DNA of 64,000 nt from Limisphaerales bacterium (lineage in GTDB: Bacteria; Verrucomicrobiota; Verrucomicrobiia; Limisphaerales; CAZKNW01): NCBI GenBank assembly GCA_965658675.1, contig CBFHTT010000031.1:175716-239715 (forward strand). The letters are read 5' to 3'. Numbering within the stretch: the stretch's first letter is position 1; every line of letters starts with the position of its first letter. Below the pieces are notes generated by a model, which saw nothing but the letters and a program-made list of their open reading frames with translations, did no database searches and was not told where the DNA came from. Shown here one piece after another: positions 35,263 through 44,436 of the stretch. The translations under genes were made by a program, and so were the position numbers.

Positions 35263-37332
35263 ATGATGCCCCGCCTCATCAAGTCACTGCTCTTGTTCGC
35301 GCTACTGATTCCAAGCGCCCAGGCAGCAGACACCGACTGGCCAGTTTACCTCGGTGGCAATAAGAAGAATCTCTATTCCGAAATTGATCAGATCAACCGG
35401 GAAAACGTCACAAAACTGAAGACCGCATGGACCTATGAAACGGGCATCAAAGGCGAATATCAGGCCAACAATCTGATTATCGATGGCGTCCTTTTCACTC
35501 CGGATCAAACGCGCAAGGTGGTCGCTCTCAATGGCGCCACGGGTGAAAAGCTCTGGGTCTGGGACCCGGCGAATGAACATACGGGCGCCGGTCGGAAACG
35601 CCAACGGGGACTGACCTATTGGGCAAATAAAAAAGGGGGTGAAGCCCGGCTGCTCACGGGCGTGCGTGGACATCTCTTTGCCATCGATCCCAAATCAGGC
35701 GAGACCATTCGAAGCTTCGGCAAGAATGGTTCGATTGATCTTCAATCCGGCCTCAACACACCCGGCGTCATCTACAAGGACCTTTACATCATCGGCGGCC
35801 TCGGTGGGAAAGGATCGATCCGCGCGTTTGATGTCCGGAGCGGCGAACGGAAATGGATCTTCCATCTGATTCCACAACCGGGTGAGTTCGGCCACGACAC
35901 CTGGCCCAAGGACGCATGGAAAACTGCCACCGGTCTCATGCCGTGGTGTGGGCAGTCGCTCGATGAAGAGCGAGGCATTGTCTACGTGGCCACCAAGACG
36001 GCAGAACCGGACTTCTACGGAGGGAGCCGCCATGGTGCCAATCTCTTTGCCAATTCCATCCTCGCCCTGAACGCCAGTACCGGAGAACGTATCTGGCATT
36101 TCCAGACCGTGCATCATGATCTCCTCGACAAGGATCTCCCCTGCCCACCTGTGCTGCTTGAGGTCACCCACGACGGGAAAAAGATTCCGGCGGTGGCCCA
36201 AGGCACCAAGCACGGCCTGCTCTTTGTCTTCAACCGCGTCACTGGTGAACCTCTCTGGCCCATTGAGGAACGCCCTGTTCCCCAGTCCGACCTGATCGGA
36301 GAAAAGGCATGGCCAACACAGCCCTTTCCGACCAAACCCGCACCCCTGATGCGTCAACGTTACACCGAGTCCGACGCCTCCAACATTTCACCCGAGATCC
36401 ACCAACTCACCCTCGATCGGATCAAGGCCTCCCCCAATTTCGGTCCCTTCCCAGCAGCAAGCCTCAAAGAGACCGTGATGTTTCCCGGGTTCGATGGTGG
36501 CATGGAATGGGGAGGCGGTGCAGCTGATCCCGACGGCATCTACTACGTCAACGTCAACGAAATGCCTTGGCTCCTTCAGATGATCGAGACCCGTCATTCC
36601 GATGGCACGCCGATGGTGAAAGGCGAAAAGGATTACATGATCTACTGTGCTGCCTGTCACGGCATCGATCGCAAGGGTAATACTCAGATGCAGTTTCCAT
36701 CCCTGCTGGGCATTGCAGATAGAAAGACGCGTTCAGAGATTGAGCTCATCACACGTCAGGGAGGAGGAAGAATGCCTGGCTACGCCACCATGCTTGAGGC
36801 CAAACGCGCAGCCATTCTGGACTACGTCCTCAGCTCCGCAACCGCTCCCGGCCAGAGGCCCAAGAAGGAGGACGACGGCGATGTTCATGCTGTCACTGAA
36901 ACCGGAGGGCTCTACGCCTTTGGAGGCTTTCGGCGCTGGCTGGATCCCGAAGGCTATCCCGCCATCAAACCTCCGTGGGGCACACTCAACGCTGTGGATC
37001 TCAACACCGGCGAACTCAAGTGGAAGGTCATCCTGGGCGAATACCCTGAACTGACCGCCCGCGGCATCCCACCCACCGGAACAGAGAACTATGGTGGCCC
37101 GCTGGTAACGGCCGGAGGATTGATCTTCATCGGCGCCACCGCAGACGAAACCTTCCGCGTCTTCGACAAGGAAACCGGAGAGGTCCTCTGGAAGACCAAG
37201 CTTCCCTTTGGAGGTAACGCCACCCCAAGCACCTACACCGTCGACGGCAAGCAATACGTCGTCATCTCAGCCGGTGGTGGCAAGTCCGGCAGACCAGCCG
37301 GTGGAAGCCTCGTGGCGTTCACGTTGGAATAG
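35263..37332 (+). CDS. PQQ-dependent dehydrogenase (quinoprotein beta-propeller) with an internal c-type cytochrome domain
   Basis: Signal peptide. N-terminus DWPVYLGGNKKNLYSEIDQINRENVTKLKTAWTY is typical of PQQ dehydrogenases. CAACHGIDRKG ... GGRMPGY is inserted before the last propeller blades. Confidence 0.8.
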   Translation: MMPRLIKSLLLFALLIPSAQAADTDWPVYLGGNKKNLYSEIDQINRENVTKLKTAWTYETGIKGEYQANNLIIDGVLFTPDQTRKVVALNGATGEKLWVWDPANEHTGAGRKRQRGLTYWANKKGGEARLLTGVRGHLFAIDPKSGETIRSFGKNGSIDLQSGLNTPGVIYKDLYIIGGLGGKGSIRAFDVRSGERKWIFHLIPQPGEFGHDTWPKDAWKTATGLMPWCGQSLDEERGIVYVATKTAEPDFYGGSRHGANLFANSILALNASTGERIWHFQTVHHDLLDKDLPCPPVLLEVTHDGKKIPAVAQGTKHGLLFVFNRVTGEPLWPIEERPVPQSDLIGEKAWPTQPFPTKPAPLMRQRYTESDASNISPEIHQLTLDRIKASPNFGPFPAASLKETVMFPGFDGGMEWGGGAADPDGIYYVNVNEMPWLLQMIETRHSDGTPMVKGEKDYMIYCAACHGIDRKGNTQMQFPSLLGIADRKTRSEIELITRQGGGRMPGYATMLEAKRAAILDYVLSSATAPGQRPKKEDDGDVHAVTETGGLYAFGGFRRWLDPEGYPAIKPPWGTLNAVDLNTGELKWKVILGEYPELTARGIPPTGTENYGGPLVTAGGLIFIGATADETFRVFDKETGEVLWKTKLPFGGNATPSTYTVDGKQYVVISAGGGKSGRPAGGSLVAFTLE

Positions 37333-37369
37333 CACCGGTGCCCCCAATACTTCGCGCGAATCAACATCC

Positions 37370-38554
37370 ATGGCTGAGAGCCTTTCCATACCAGAAGCCA
37401 GGAAGCTCGTCCTTCTGGCCCAACAACTCCCGGGAACCAACGCCAAGGGTAACGCGGAGTCGGCCACCTTGTCGGCGATTGAGCATTTGGGATATATCCA
37501 GATTGATACGCTTTCAGTTGTTCAACGGGCTCATCATCACACGCTCTGGAATCGCAACCCGCGCTACGCTCCCTCGCATCTGGATCAGCTGACCGAAGAC
37601 AGAACGGTATTTGAATACTGGTCCCACGCGGCAGCCTTCCTGCCCATGCGCGACTATCGATTCAGCCTGATTCGCAAGGATGCCTTCGCCAGTGGCAAAA
37701 TGGAGCATTGGTTTGATCGGGACAAAAGGATGGAGAAGAAGATTCTCAAGCGGATCCGCAACGAAGGTCCATTGATGGCCAAGGATTTTGAGGACACGGG
37801 AAAGAAGTCTGGAGAATGGAAAGTCAAACCCGCCAAGGCATCGCTCGAAAACCTGTTTACACAAGGCGATCTCATGATTTCCAAGCGCATCCATTTTCAC
37901 AAAGTCTATGACCTGACTGAGCGCACACTGCCTGATGGAATCGATACATCACTTCCTTCAACAGAAGAATACGCCCGTCATTTGATCATCCGCTTTCTTC
38001 AAGCACATGGATTGGGACAACCATCGGAGATCGCCTACCTTCGCAAGAACATCAAGAAACAGATCACAGCAACGATGGCCGAGATGGTTTCTGCTGGCGA
38101 ACTCATCGAACTCGACGTCGCAGGCAATGTCTATCACGCCCTTCCTGAATGGTTGAACTTGCTCAAGAAGTCACTGAATCGCAGCCGCTTAAAAATCCTT
38201 TCACCCTTCGACAATCTGGTGATTCAGCGCAAGCGAATGCAGGACCTGTTCGATTTCGATTACCTGATCGAATGCTATGTCCCAGCAGCCAAGCGACGCT
38301 ACGGTTACTTCGCTCTACCGATCCTCTGGGACGGACGTCTCGTCGCACGCATGGACTGCAAGGTCGATCGAAAGAAGTCACTACTGAACATTCTCCACCT
38401 ATCCCTTGAACCATGGTTAAAGAAGCGTGACACCTTCCTCCAAGCCCTTAGCAAAGAGCTCGACTCCTTCATGAAGTTCAATCAATGCGACAAGCTTAGT
38501 GTTCACAAGACCAGCCCAAGCAGTCTCAAATCAGCGCTAACAAAAGTGATCTAG
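37370..38554 (+). CDS. YcaQ/AlkZ-like winged-helix DNA glycosylase family protein (DUF1006)
   Basis: Start at MAESLSIPEARKLVLLAQQL. The segment LGYIQIDTLSVVQRAHHHTLWNR contains a Q-hydrophobic-D motif. C-terminal YGYFALPILWDGRLVARMD. Confidence 0.75.
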   Translation: MAESLSIPEARKLVLLAQQLPGTNAKGNAESATLSAIEHLGYIQIDTLSVVQRAHHHTLWNRNPRYAPSHLDQLTEDRTVFEYWSHAAAFLPMRDYRFSLIRKDAFASGKMEHWFDRDKRMEKKILKRIRNEGPLMAKDFEDTGKKSGEWKVKPAKASLENLFTQGDLMISKRIHFHKVYDLTERTLPDGIDTSLPSTEEYARHLIIRFLQAHGLGQPSEIAYLRKNIKKQITATMAEMVSAGELIELDVAGNVYHALPEWLNLLKKSLNRSRLKILSPFDNLVIQRKRMQDLFDFDYLIECYVPAAKRRYGYFALPILWDGRLVARMDCKVDRKKSLLNILHLSLEPWLKKRDTFLQALSKELDSFMKFNQCDKLSVHKTSPSSLKSALTKVI

Positions 38555-38649
38555 GAGAGTGCTTGATTGAAAATTCAAGAGAAGGTCGAAGTCATTCAAA
38601 GTCTCTCTTCTGGCGTGACCACTCAGAAGATTTCATTTAATTTCCGCTT

Positions 38650-41622
38650 ATGTTCACCAGATTGGGTCTCCGGTTTCTTCCGGTCATCTTGCTCGAATTG
38701 ACTTCAGCGATCGCTGTTTCGTCGCTCGATTTCGGGAATGATGTTGCGCCAATTCTGGAACAAAACTGCCTGTCTTGTCACAACGCAGACCTGAACAAGG
38801 GAGACCTCGATCTTTCCACCCGCTCAACGGCACTTTCCCTTGAAGGCATCATCCTTCCCGGCAGCCCTGATGCCAGCCAGCTGATCAAGGTCGTCTCTGG
38901 TCCGTCACCAGAAATGCCTTCCAAGGCTGAACCACTGACAAAGGAACAGATATCCACGCTCAAGAATTGGATTGCAGCTGGTGCAACGTGGCCCGATGGG
39001 CGCGTCCTCAAGGACAACCCGAAGCGCGACCTTGATTGGTGGTCATTGCAACCGATCTCGAAACCGGATTCGACGACCCTGCTAGGAAGCCATCCGATTG
39101 ATGGATTTATAGAAAAGAAACTCGCAGAGAAACAACTGACGCCAGTTCCTCAAGCCGATCCTCTGACATTGGTCAGACGGGTATACTATGACCTGACCGG
39201 TCTTCCGCCCTCGCCTGAAGACATTGATCAGTTTCTGACCAATAAGGATTGGAACGCATTGATTGACCGGTTGCTTGCGTCTCCCGCCTACGGCGAAAAG
39301 ATTGCTCAGCACTGGCTTGATCTCGCCCGGTACGCAGAGACACACGGATACGACAAGGACAAGCCTCGCAATCAAGCGTGGCCCTACCGCGACTATGTGA
39401 TTCAGAGCTTCAATCGCGACAAGCCTTTCACACGCTTCGTCAGGGAACAGGTGGCCGGAGACGTGATCTATCCCAATACTCCTGAGGGAATCACCGCTCT
39501 CGGTTTCTTGGCTGCCGGACCATGGGATTTCATCGGGCATTGGGAAGTTGGCGAACAGAAACTTGATGGCCGAATTGCCAAGCATCTTGATCGAGATGAA
39601 TTGGTGAGTGCCGTCTTCAACATCTTTCAAAGCACGACCGTCCAATGTGCCCAATGTCATCATCATAAATTCGATCCGATCCGGATGGAGGACTACTATC
39701 GACTTCATGCCGTTTTCGCCGCCATCGATCGCGCCGACCGCGTCTACGAAGGATTATCCCCCGATCAACAAAGGATCAGAAACGATCTCGTTGCAAAGAT
39801 CACCAATCTCAAAAAGGAGCAAGAATCGCTCACCAGTCAGATCAATCGACTCGTAGCCGCAAAGGCATCGGGGTTGGATCGACAGATCGCCGAGTTACGA
39901 AGGAAATATGGAACAGGATCCAAACTCAGGCCGCAGTATGGCTACCACAGCTCCATTGAAAAACGTTCCGACGTTCAGAAATGGGTGCAGGTCGACATCG
40001 GCAGAGCTCGCATGGCAACCGAAATCCAGCTGATTCCAGCCTTCGATAATTACAACAATATCGGCGCAGGGTTTGGGTTCCCCGTTCGCTACCGTGTCGA
40101 AGTTTCGATGGACGGTGCTTTCAAAAAGGATGTGCGCGTCATTAAAGATGCAACGGATGCAGATCAGCCCAATCCTGGAAACCAATCCATTCGTCTCGGA
40201 GTTGATGGCCATCCATTCCGCTTCGTAAGAGTAACGGCCACAAAGCTCGCGCATCGAAAAAACGATTACATATTCGCGCTTGGAGAAATCGAAATCCTGA
40301 ACGAAGGCGCCTCCGAAAACTTTGCAAGGAAGGGCACTGTATCAGCAAAGGATTCGATAGAATCAGGTATCCGTTGGGGCCGTTCAAATCTGATCGACGG
40401 CATCTACTTCCGCGAACTGAACAACCCTGAAGCAGCCTCGAAACTGGCCACGCTTGAGAAGGAGAGAAAAGCCATCGAGAAATCACTTCGTCCTCCCGGG
40501 TCAGATCAAAGACTTGCTGAAATATCTGCTCAACTGAAGAAACTGGAGGCTGAGGTAAAAAGATTCCCAAAGGGTAAGATGGTCTATGCAGCTGCGACTC
40601 ATTTCCCACGCGGTGGGCGTTTCACAGCCACGGAAGGCAAACCTCGTCCCATTCATTATCTGCACCGAGGCGATCTCCGTTCCCCCGGCGATGCGATGAC
40701 GCCCGGCGTCCCGCCGCTTTGGCACGGAGTTGATCCGATCTTTTTTTCAGGTTCTTCAGATTGGAAGGAAGGCAAAGCCCGCGCTGAGCTGGCTCTCCAT
40801 CTGACGCGGGATGACAACCCTCTGTTCTGGCGCTCAATCGCCAATAGGGTTTGGCAATGGGTTTTCGGCACACCGCTTGTGGGAACGCCAAACGACTTCG
40901 GTCGTGGAGGCATGCAACCAACTCACCCGGAGTTGCTCGACTTTCTAGCGGCATCACTCCGCGACGATCGGGATCATTCCATCAAGTCACTGATCCGATT
41001 GATGGTCACGAGCAGAACCTACCAACGATCCAGCCAATACCATGCAGAGAACGCAGCCATTGACGGGAACAATGCCTACAGGTGGCGAGCAAACCGGCGA
41101 CGTCTCACAGCAGAAGAAATGCGTGATTCACTGCTCTCCATCACCGGTGCACTCGACCGCCATATGGGCGGACCCAGCTTCAAGGATTTCGTAATCGAGA
41201 AACCTCAACACTCCCCGCACTACGAGTATCACCTGCACGATCCCAATGATCCAAAATCCCATCGCCGCACTGTCTATCGATTCGTAGTGCGCTCTCAACC
41301 CAATCCCATGCTGACCTCACTTGATTGCGCCGATCCCAGCATGAGCGTTCCACAACGCGACGAGTCCACGACTGCCCTCCAAGCCCTGACCCAATGGAAT
41401 CATCGCTTCGTGGAAACCATGTCCGAACGTATGGCCGAACACCTGCGCCAGAACGCTCCAAAGTCGCCAAGTGAGAGAGTATTTTTTGCCTGCAAAGCGA
41501 CTCTGGGAAGAGAGCCAAAGACCACTGAGCAATCGATCCTGATAGAGCACCTGAATCACCATGGAGCAGCGAGTCTTGCACGAGTGCTCTTCAACATGAA
41601 CGCCTTTGTCTATGTCGACTGA
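38650..41622 (+). CDS. PSCyt1 + DUF1549 (PSCyt2) + discoidin-like insert + DUF1553 (PSD1) protein
   Basis: Signal peptide. N-terminal CLSCHN cytochrome-like domain. DUF1549 core (LVRRVYYDLTGLPPSPEDIDQF, WLDLARYAETHGYDKD). CAQCHHHKFDPI. A roughly 155-aa F5/8-type-C-like segment flanked by coiled coils. DUF1553 C-terminus. Confidence 0.85.
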   Translation: MFTRLGLRFLPVILLELTSAIAVSSLDFGNDVAPILEQNCLSCHNADLNKGDLDLSTRSTALSLEGIILPGSPDASQLIKVVSGPSPEMPSKAEPLTKEQISTLKNWIAAGATWPDGRVLKDNPKRDLDWWSLQPISKPDSTTLLGSHPIDGFIEKKLAEKQLTPVPQADPLTLVRRVYYDLTGLPPSPEDIDQFLTNKDWNALIDRLLASPAYGEKIAQHWLDLARYAETHGYDKDKPRNQAWPYRDYVIQSFNRDKPFTRFVREQVAGDVIYPNTPEGITALGFLAAGPWDFIGHWEVGEQKLDGRIAKHLDRDELVSAVFNIFQSTTVQCAQCHHHKFDPIRMEDYYRLHAVFAAIDRADRVYEGLSPDQQRIRNDLVAKITNLKKEQESLTSQINRLVAAKASGLDRQIAELRRKYGTGSKLRPQYGYHSSIEKRSDVQKWVQVDIGRARMATEIQLIPAFDNYNNIGAGFGFPVRYRVEVSMDGAFKKDVRVIKDATDADQPNPGNQSIRLGVDGHPFRFVRVTATKLAHRKNDYIFALGEIEILNEGASENFARKGTVSAKDSIESGIRWGRSNLIDGIYFRELNNPEAASKLATLEKERKAIEKSLRPPGSDQRLAEISAQLKKLEAEVKRFPKGKMVYAAATHFPRGGRFTATEGKPRPIHYLHRGDLRSPGDAMTPGVPPLWHGVDPIFFSGSSDWKEGKARAELALHLTRDDNPLFWRSIANRVWQWVFGTPLVGTPNDFGRGGMQPTHPELLDFLAASLRDDRDHSIKSLIRLMVTSRTYQRSSQYHAENAAIDGNNAYRWRANRRRLTAEEMRDSLLSITGALDRHMGGPSFKDFVIEKPQHSPHYEYHLHDPNDPKSHRRTVYRFVVRSQPNPMLTSLDCADPSMSVPQRDESTTALQALTQWNHRFVETMSERMAEHLRQNAPKSPSERVFFACKATLGREPKTTEQSILIEHLNHHGAASLARVLFNMNAFVYVD

Positions 41623-43063
41623 ACTCCACAGCAACCGACGTCATTTTCTGGGCTCACTCGCAGGCACATTCACGGGAATGGCTTTGACCGATCTGCTTGC
41701 CCGTGAAGGGCAGCTGAGCAGGACGCTTCATCATCCCCCAAAAGCAAAACGGGTCATCCAGCTCTTTATGGCTGGAGCCGCGAGCCATGTAGACACCTTT
41801 GACCACAAGCCGTTGCTAAAGAAGAAGGACGGTCAACCATGGGATCCGGGTGAAAAGGTAGAGCTGTTCCAAAGCACTCCCGGTGCGTGTTTTGCAAGTC
41901 CATGGAAGTTCCAGCCCTACGGTCAAAGTGGCAAGATGATGAGCGACATCGTCGCACCGCTCGGAGACGTTGTTGATGACATTGCCTTCGTTCACAACGT
42001 CGAAGGAAAAACAGGCGTTCACAGTCAAGGCACGCTACTTCAATCCACTGGGTTCAACTTCCCCGGATTCCCCAGCGCCGGATCATGGGTCAGTTACGCT
42101 CTTGGATCTGAAAACGAGAATCTTCCCGGATTCGTCGTGCTACCCGATCATCGAGGATTGGCATCCAACGGAGCAAAGAACTGGGCAAATGCGTTTCTGC
42201 CTGCCGAACATCAGGGAACGGTGATTCGTCCAGGTAGCAAAGAACCGATCGCTGACCTGTTCCCATCCGATAACGGCTTCATCACGGATGAAAACAATCA
42301 AGCCGGACTGAACGCCCTCTCCGCGCTGAATTCTCTCCATGCTTCCGACCGTCCGGGAGATGACCGTCTGCTCGCACGTCTTCGCAGCTACGAACTTGCA
42401 GCCGCCATGCAACTCAGCGCCACGGACGCTCTGGATGTCTCCAAGGAACCTCAATACATCAAGGACATGTATGGACTCGCCCCCGAGGGCCCGGGAGTCA
42501 GCGACACAGGAACCATCAACGCAAAAGCTGAGCGCGAATTCTTCGGACGCAAGTGCCTGATCGCCCGTAGACTGATCGAGCGCGACGTTCGTTTCATTCA
42601 GGTCTGGAGTGGCAACGACAATGGATTCCCACGTCGCAATTGGGACAGCCATGGCGATGTAGAACGTGATCATGCGCCGCTCGCACTGGGAATGTCCCAA
42701 GGCGCAGCGGCCCTGATAAAGGATTTGAAACAACGGGGACTACTGGACGACACCATCATTCTTTGGACCACGGAATTCGGACGCATGCCCTGTTCTCAAG
42801 GCAGCAAAGGCCGTGATCACAATCCCTTTGTTTTCACCAACTGGCTCTGTGGCGGAGGCATCAAGGGAGGCACCTATGGAAAGTCAGACGAATGGGGATT
42901 CAAACCTCTCGACCGCGCCAACCCGACGCTTGTCTACGACATTCACGCGACCATCCTACATCAACTGGGGATCGATCACGAGCGGCTCACTATCCGAAAC
43001 AATGGAATAGACCGCAGACTCACCGACGTCCACGGCCATGTGATCAAGAAGATGATCGTCTGA
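41606..43063 (+). CDS. DUF1501 protein (alkaline-phosphatase/sulfatase-like fold), Tat signal
   Basis: Twin-arginine motif NRRHFLGS. PKAKRVIQLFMAGAASHVDTFD, WDSHGDV, TTEFGRMP, GRDHNPFVF. It overlaps the upstream gene by 17 nt. Confidence 0.9.
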   Translation: MSMSTELHSNRRHFLGSLAGTFTGMALTDLLAREGQLSRTLHHPPKAKRVIQLFMAGAASHVDTFDHKPLLKKKDGQPWDPGEKVELFQSTPGACFASPWKFQPYGQSGKMMSDIVAPLGDVVDDIAFVHNVEGKTGVHSQGTLLQSTGFNFPGFPSAGSWVSYALGSENENLPGFVVLPDHRGLASNGAKNWANAFLPAEHQGTVIRPGSKEPIADLFPSDNGFITDENNQAGLNALSALNSLHASDRPGDDRLLARLRSYELAAAMQLSATDALDVSKEPQYIKDMYGLAPEGPGVSDTGTINAKAEREFFGRKCLIARRLIERDVRFIQVWSGNDNGFPRRNWDSHGDVERDHAPLALGMSQGAAALIKDLKQRGLLDDTIILWTTEFGRMPCSQGSKGRDHNPFVFTNWLCGGGIKGGTYGKSDEWGFKPLDRANPTLVYDIHATILHQLGIDHERLTIRNNGIDRRLTDVHGHVIKKMIV

Positions 43064-43079
43064 TTCGGAAGACAGCCCG

Positions 43080-44420
43080 CTAAACGTAAAGCTCGGAAAG
43101 ATCGCCGGTACTGTCGGCAAAACCGGTATCTGAGATGCCCATGCGATTCAGCATGGTGAAGAGGAGATTGGACATGGGTTGGTCGGCGTTCCCCTTGTTG
43201 TAGGTGAGGAACTGCCCGTGTTTGACTCCCATATTTCCTCCTCCAGCAAAGACCAGAGGATAGTTACGGTTGTTATGAGTCCGGCTGTTGGACGTGCCCA
43301 TCAGGACCATCGTGTTATCCAGCATGGTGCCTTCCCCTTCCCTTGTTTCCTCTAGACGGCCCAGGAAATACGCCAGCTGCTCAATCAGGCAGAGATTCCA
43401 TTTACCCTGTCTTGGGAACCCACCGGGCTTACCCGCCTTATGCGCAAGATCATGCTGACTGGAAAGCCCGAGTGCCTTCGGAAATTGGTTGGATACATTT
43501 CCATTCATCGCGCTGAGCATGTAAGTGGCCAGTCGAGTGGAGTCTGTCCGAAAGGCCAGATACATCAGGTCATACATCACCTTGATATACTCAAGTGGAG
43601 CATCCGTGGACGCGGACAATGCCAGCTCCTCCGAATCCACTTTCGCCTTTGGTATCTCCAACCATTTCTCACTGCGCTGCACCCTCTGTTCGATATCGCG
43701 AACCGAGGCGAGGTACTCGTCATACTTCACCTTGTCCTGCGCACCCAATTTATTACGGAGGGACTTCGACTGCTCCAACACAAGATCCAACATACTGGAT
43801 TCCGTAGCCAAACGACGACGGGTCTGTTCGATGGTTCCCTTTTCATCACCGAACAACCGGTCAAAGATCTGACGCGGGTTGTCCAGTCCAGGAATGGGTT
43901 GCCCAGATGCGGTGAAAGAAAGTGTGCGTGAACGGGTGGGCATACCAATGCCTCCATCACTGGACAAAACCAACGATGAGAAGCGTGTCTTGTGACCGAT
44001 CTTTTCGGCTGCAATCTGATCGAAGGAAACGGTGTTCTTGAAATTCGCCCCTTTGAACCCAGCTCCCGTCAGAAAGATATCTCCGGTATCGTGTCCACCG
44101 ATCTCACGCCCCGTCGGGTGGGACAACCCACCAATCACGCTGACCGAATTCCGCAGAGCACTGAGCGGCTCCATGACCTTGGTGTAACGGAAGCCATCTC
44201 CTTCACGGACAGGAAACCATCCCCAATCGCGTTCCTCGTGATCATCTCCCGGCACACTGGCTCCGTATGGAAAGTAGATGGAGCAGAGTCGCTTGGGTGC
44301 TTCGCTCGTCTTGGCGGCACTGGCCGTCCCATGCATGCAGTCAAGGAATGGCAACGCCAACGCCACACCACTTCCCCTGAGAAAAGATCTCCGATCCAAA
44401 TGCCATGATTTCTGTTTCAT
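43080..44420 (-). CDS. DUF1552 protein, Tat signal
   Basis: Twin-arginine motif DRRSFLRGSGVALALPFLD. The rest matches the DUF1552 layout (SFDQIAA, SMLDLVLE...KLGAQDKVKYDEYLASVRDIEQR). It lies 16 nt downstream of the DUF1592-family gene. Confidence 0.85.
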   Translation of the reverse strand: MKQKSWHLDRRSFLRGSGVALALPFLDCMHGTASAAKTSEAPKRLCSIYFPYGASVPGDDHEERDWGWFPVREGDGFRYTKVMEPLSALRNSVSVIGGLSHPTGREIGGHDTGDIFLTGAGFKGANFKNTVSFDQIAAEKIGHKTRFSSLVLSSDGGIGMPTRSRTLSFTASGQPIPGLDNPRQIFDRLFGDEKGTIEQTRRRLATESSMLDLVLEQSKSLRNKLGAQDKVKYDEYLASVRDIEQRVQRSEKWLEIPKAKVDSEELALSASTDAPLEYIKVMYDLMYLAFRTDSTRLATYMLSAMNGNVSNQFPKALGLSSQHDLAHKAGKPGGFPRQGKWNLCLIEQLAYFLGRLEETREGEGTMLDNTMVLMGTSNSRTHNNRNYPLVFAGGGNMGVKHGQFLTYNKGNADQPMSNLLFTMLNRMGISDTGFADSTGDLSELYV

Positions 44421-44436
44421 ATTCAGTCTTAGATTG

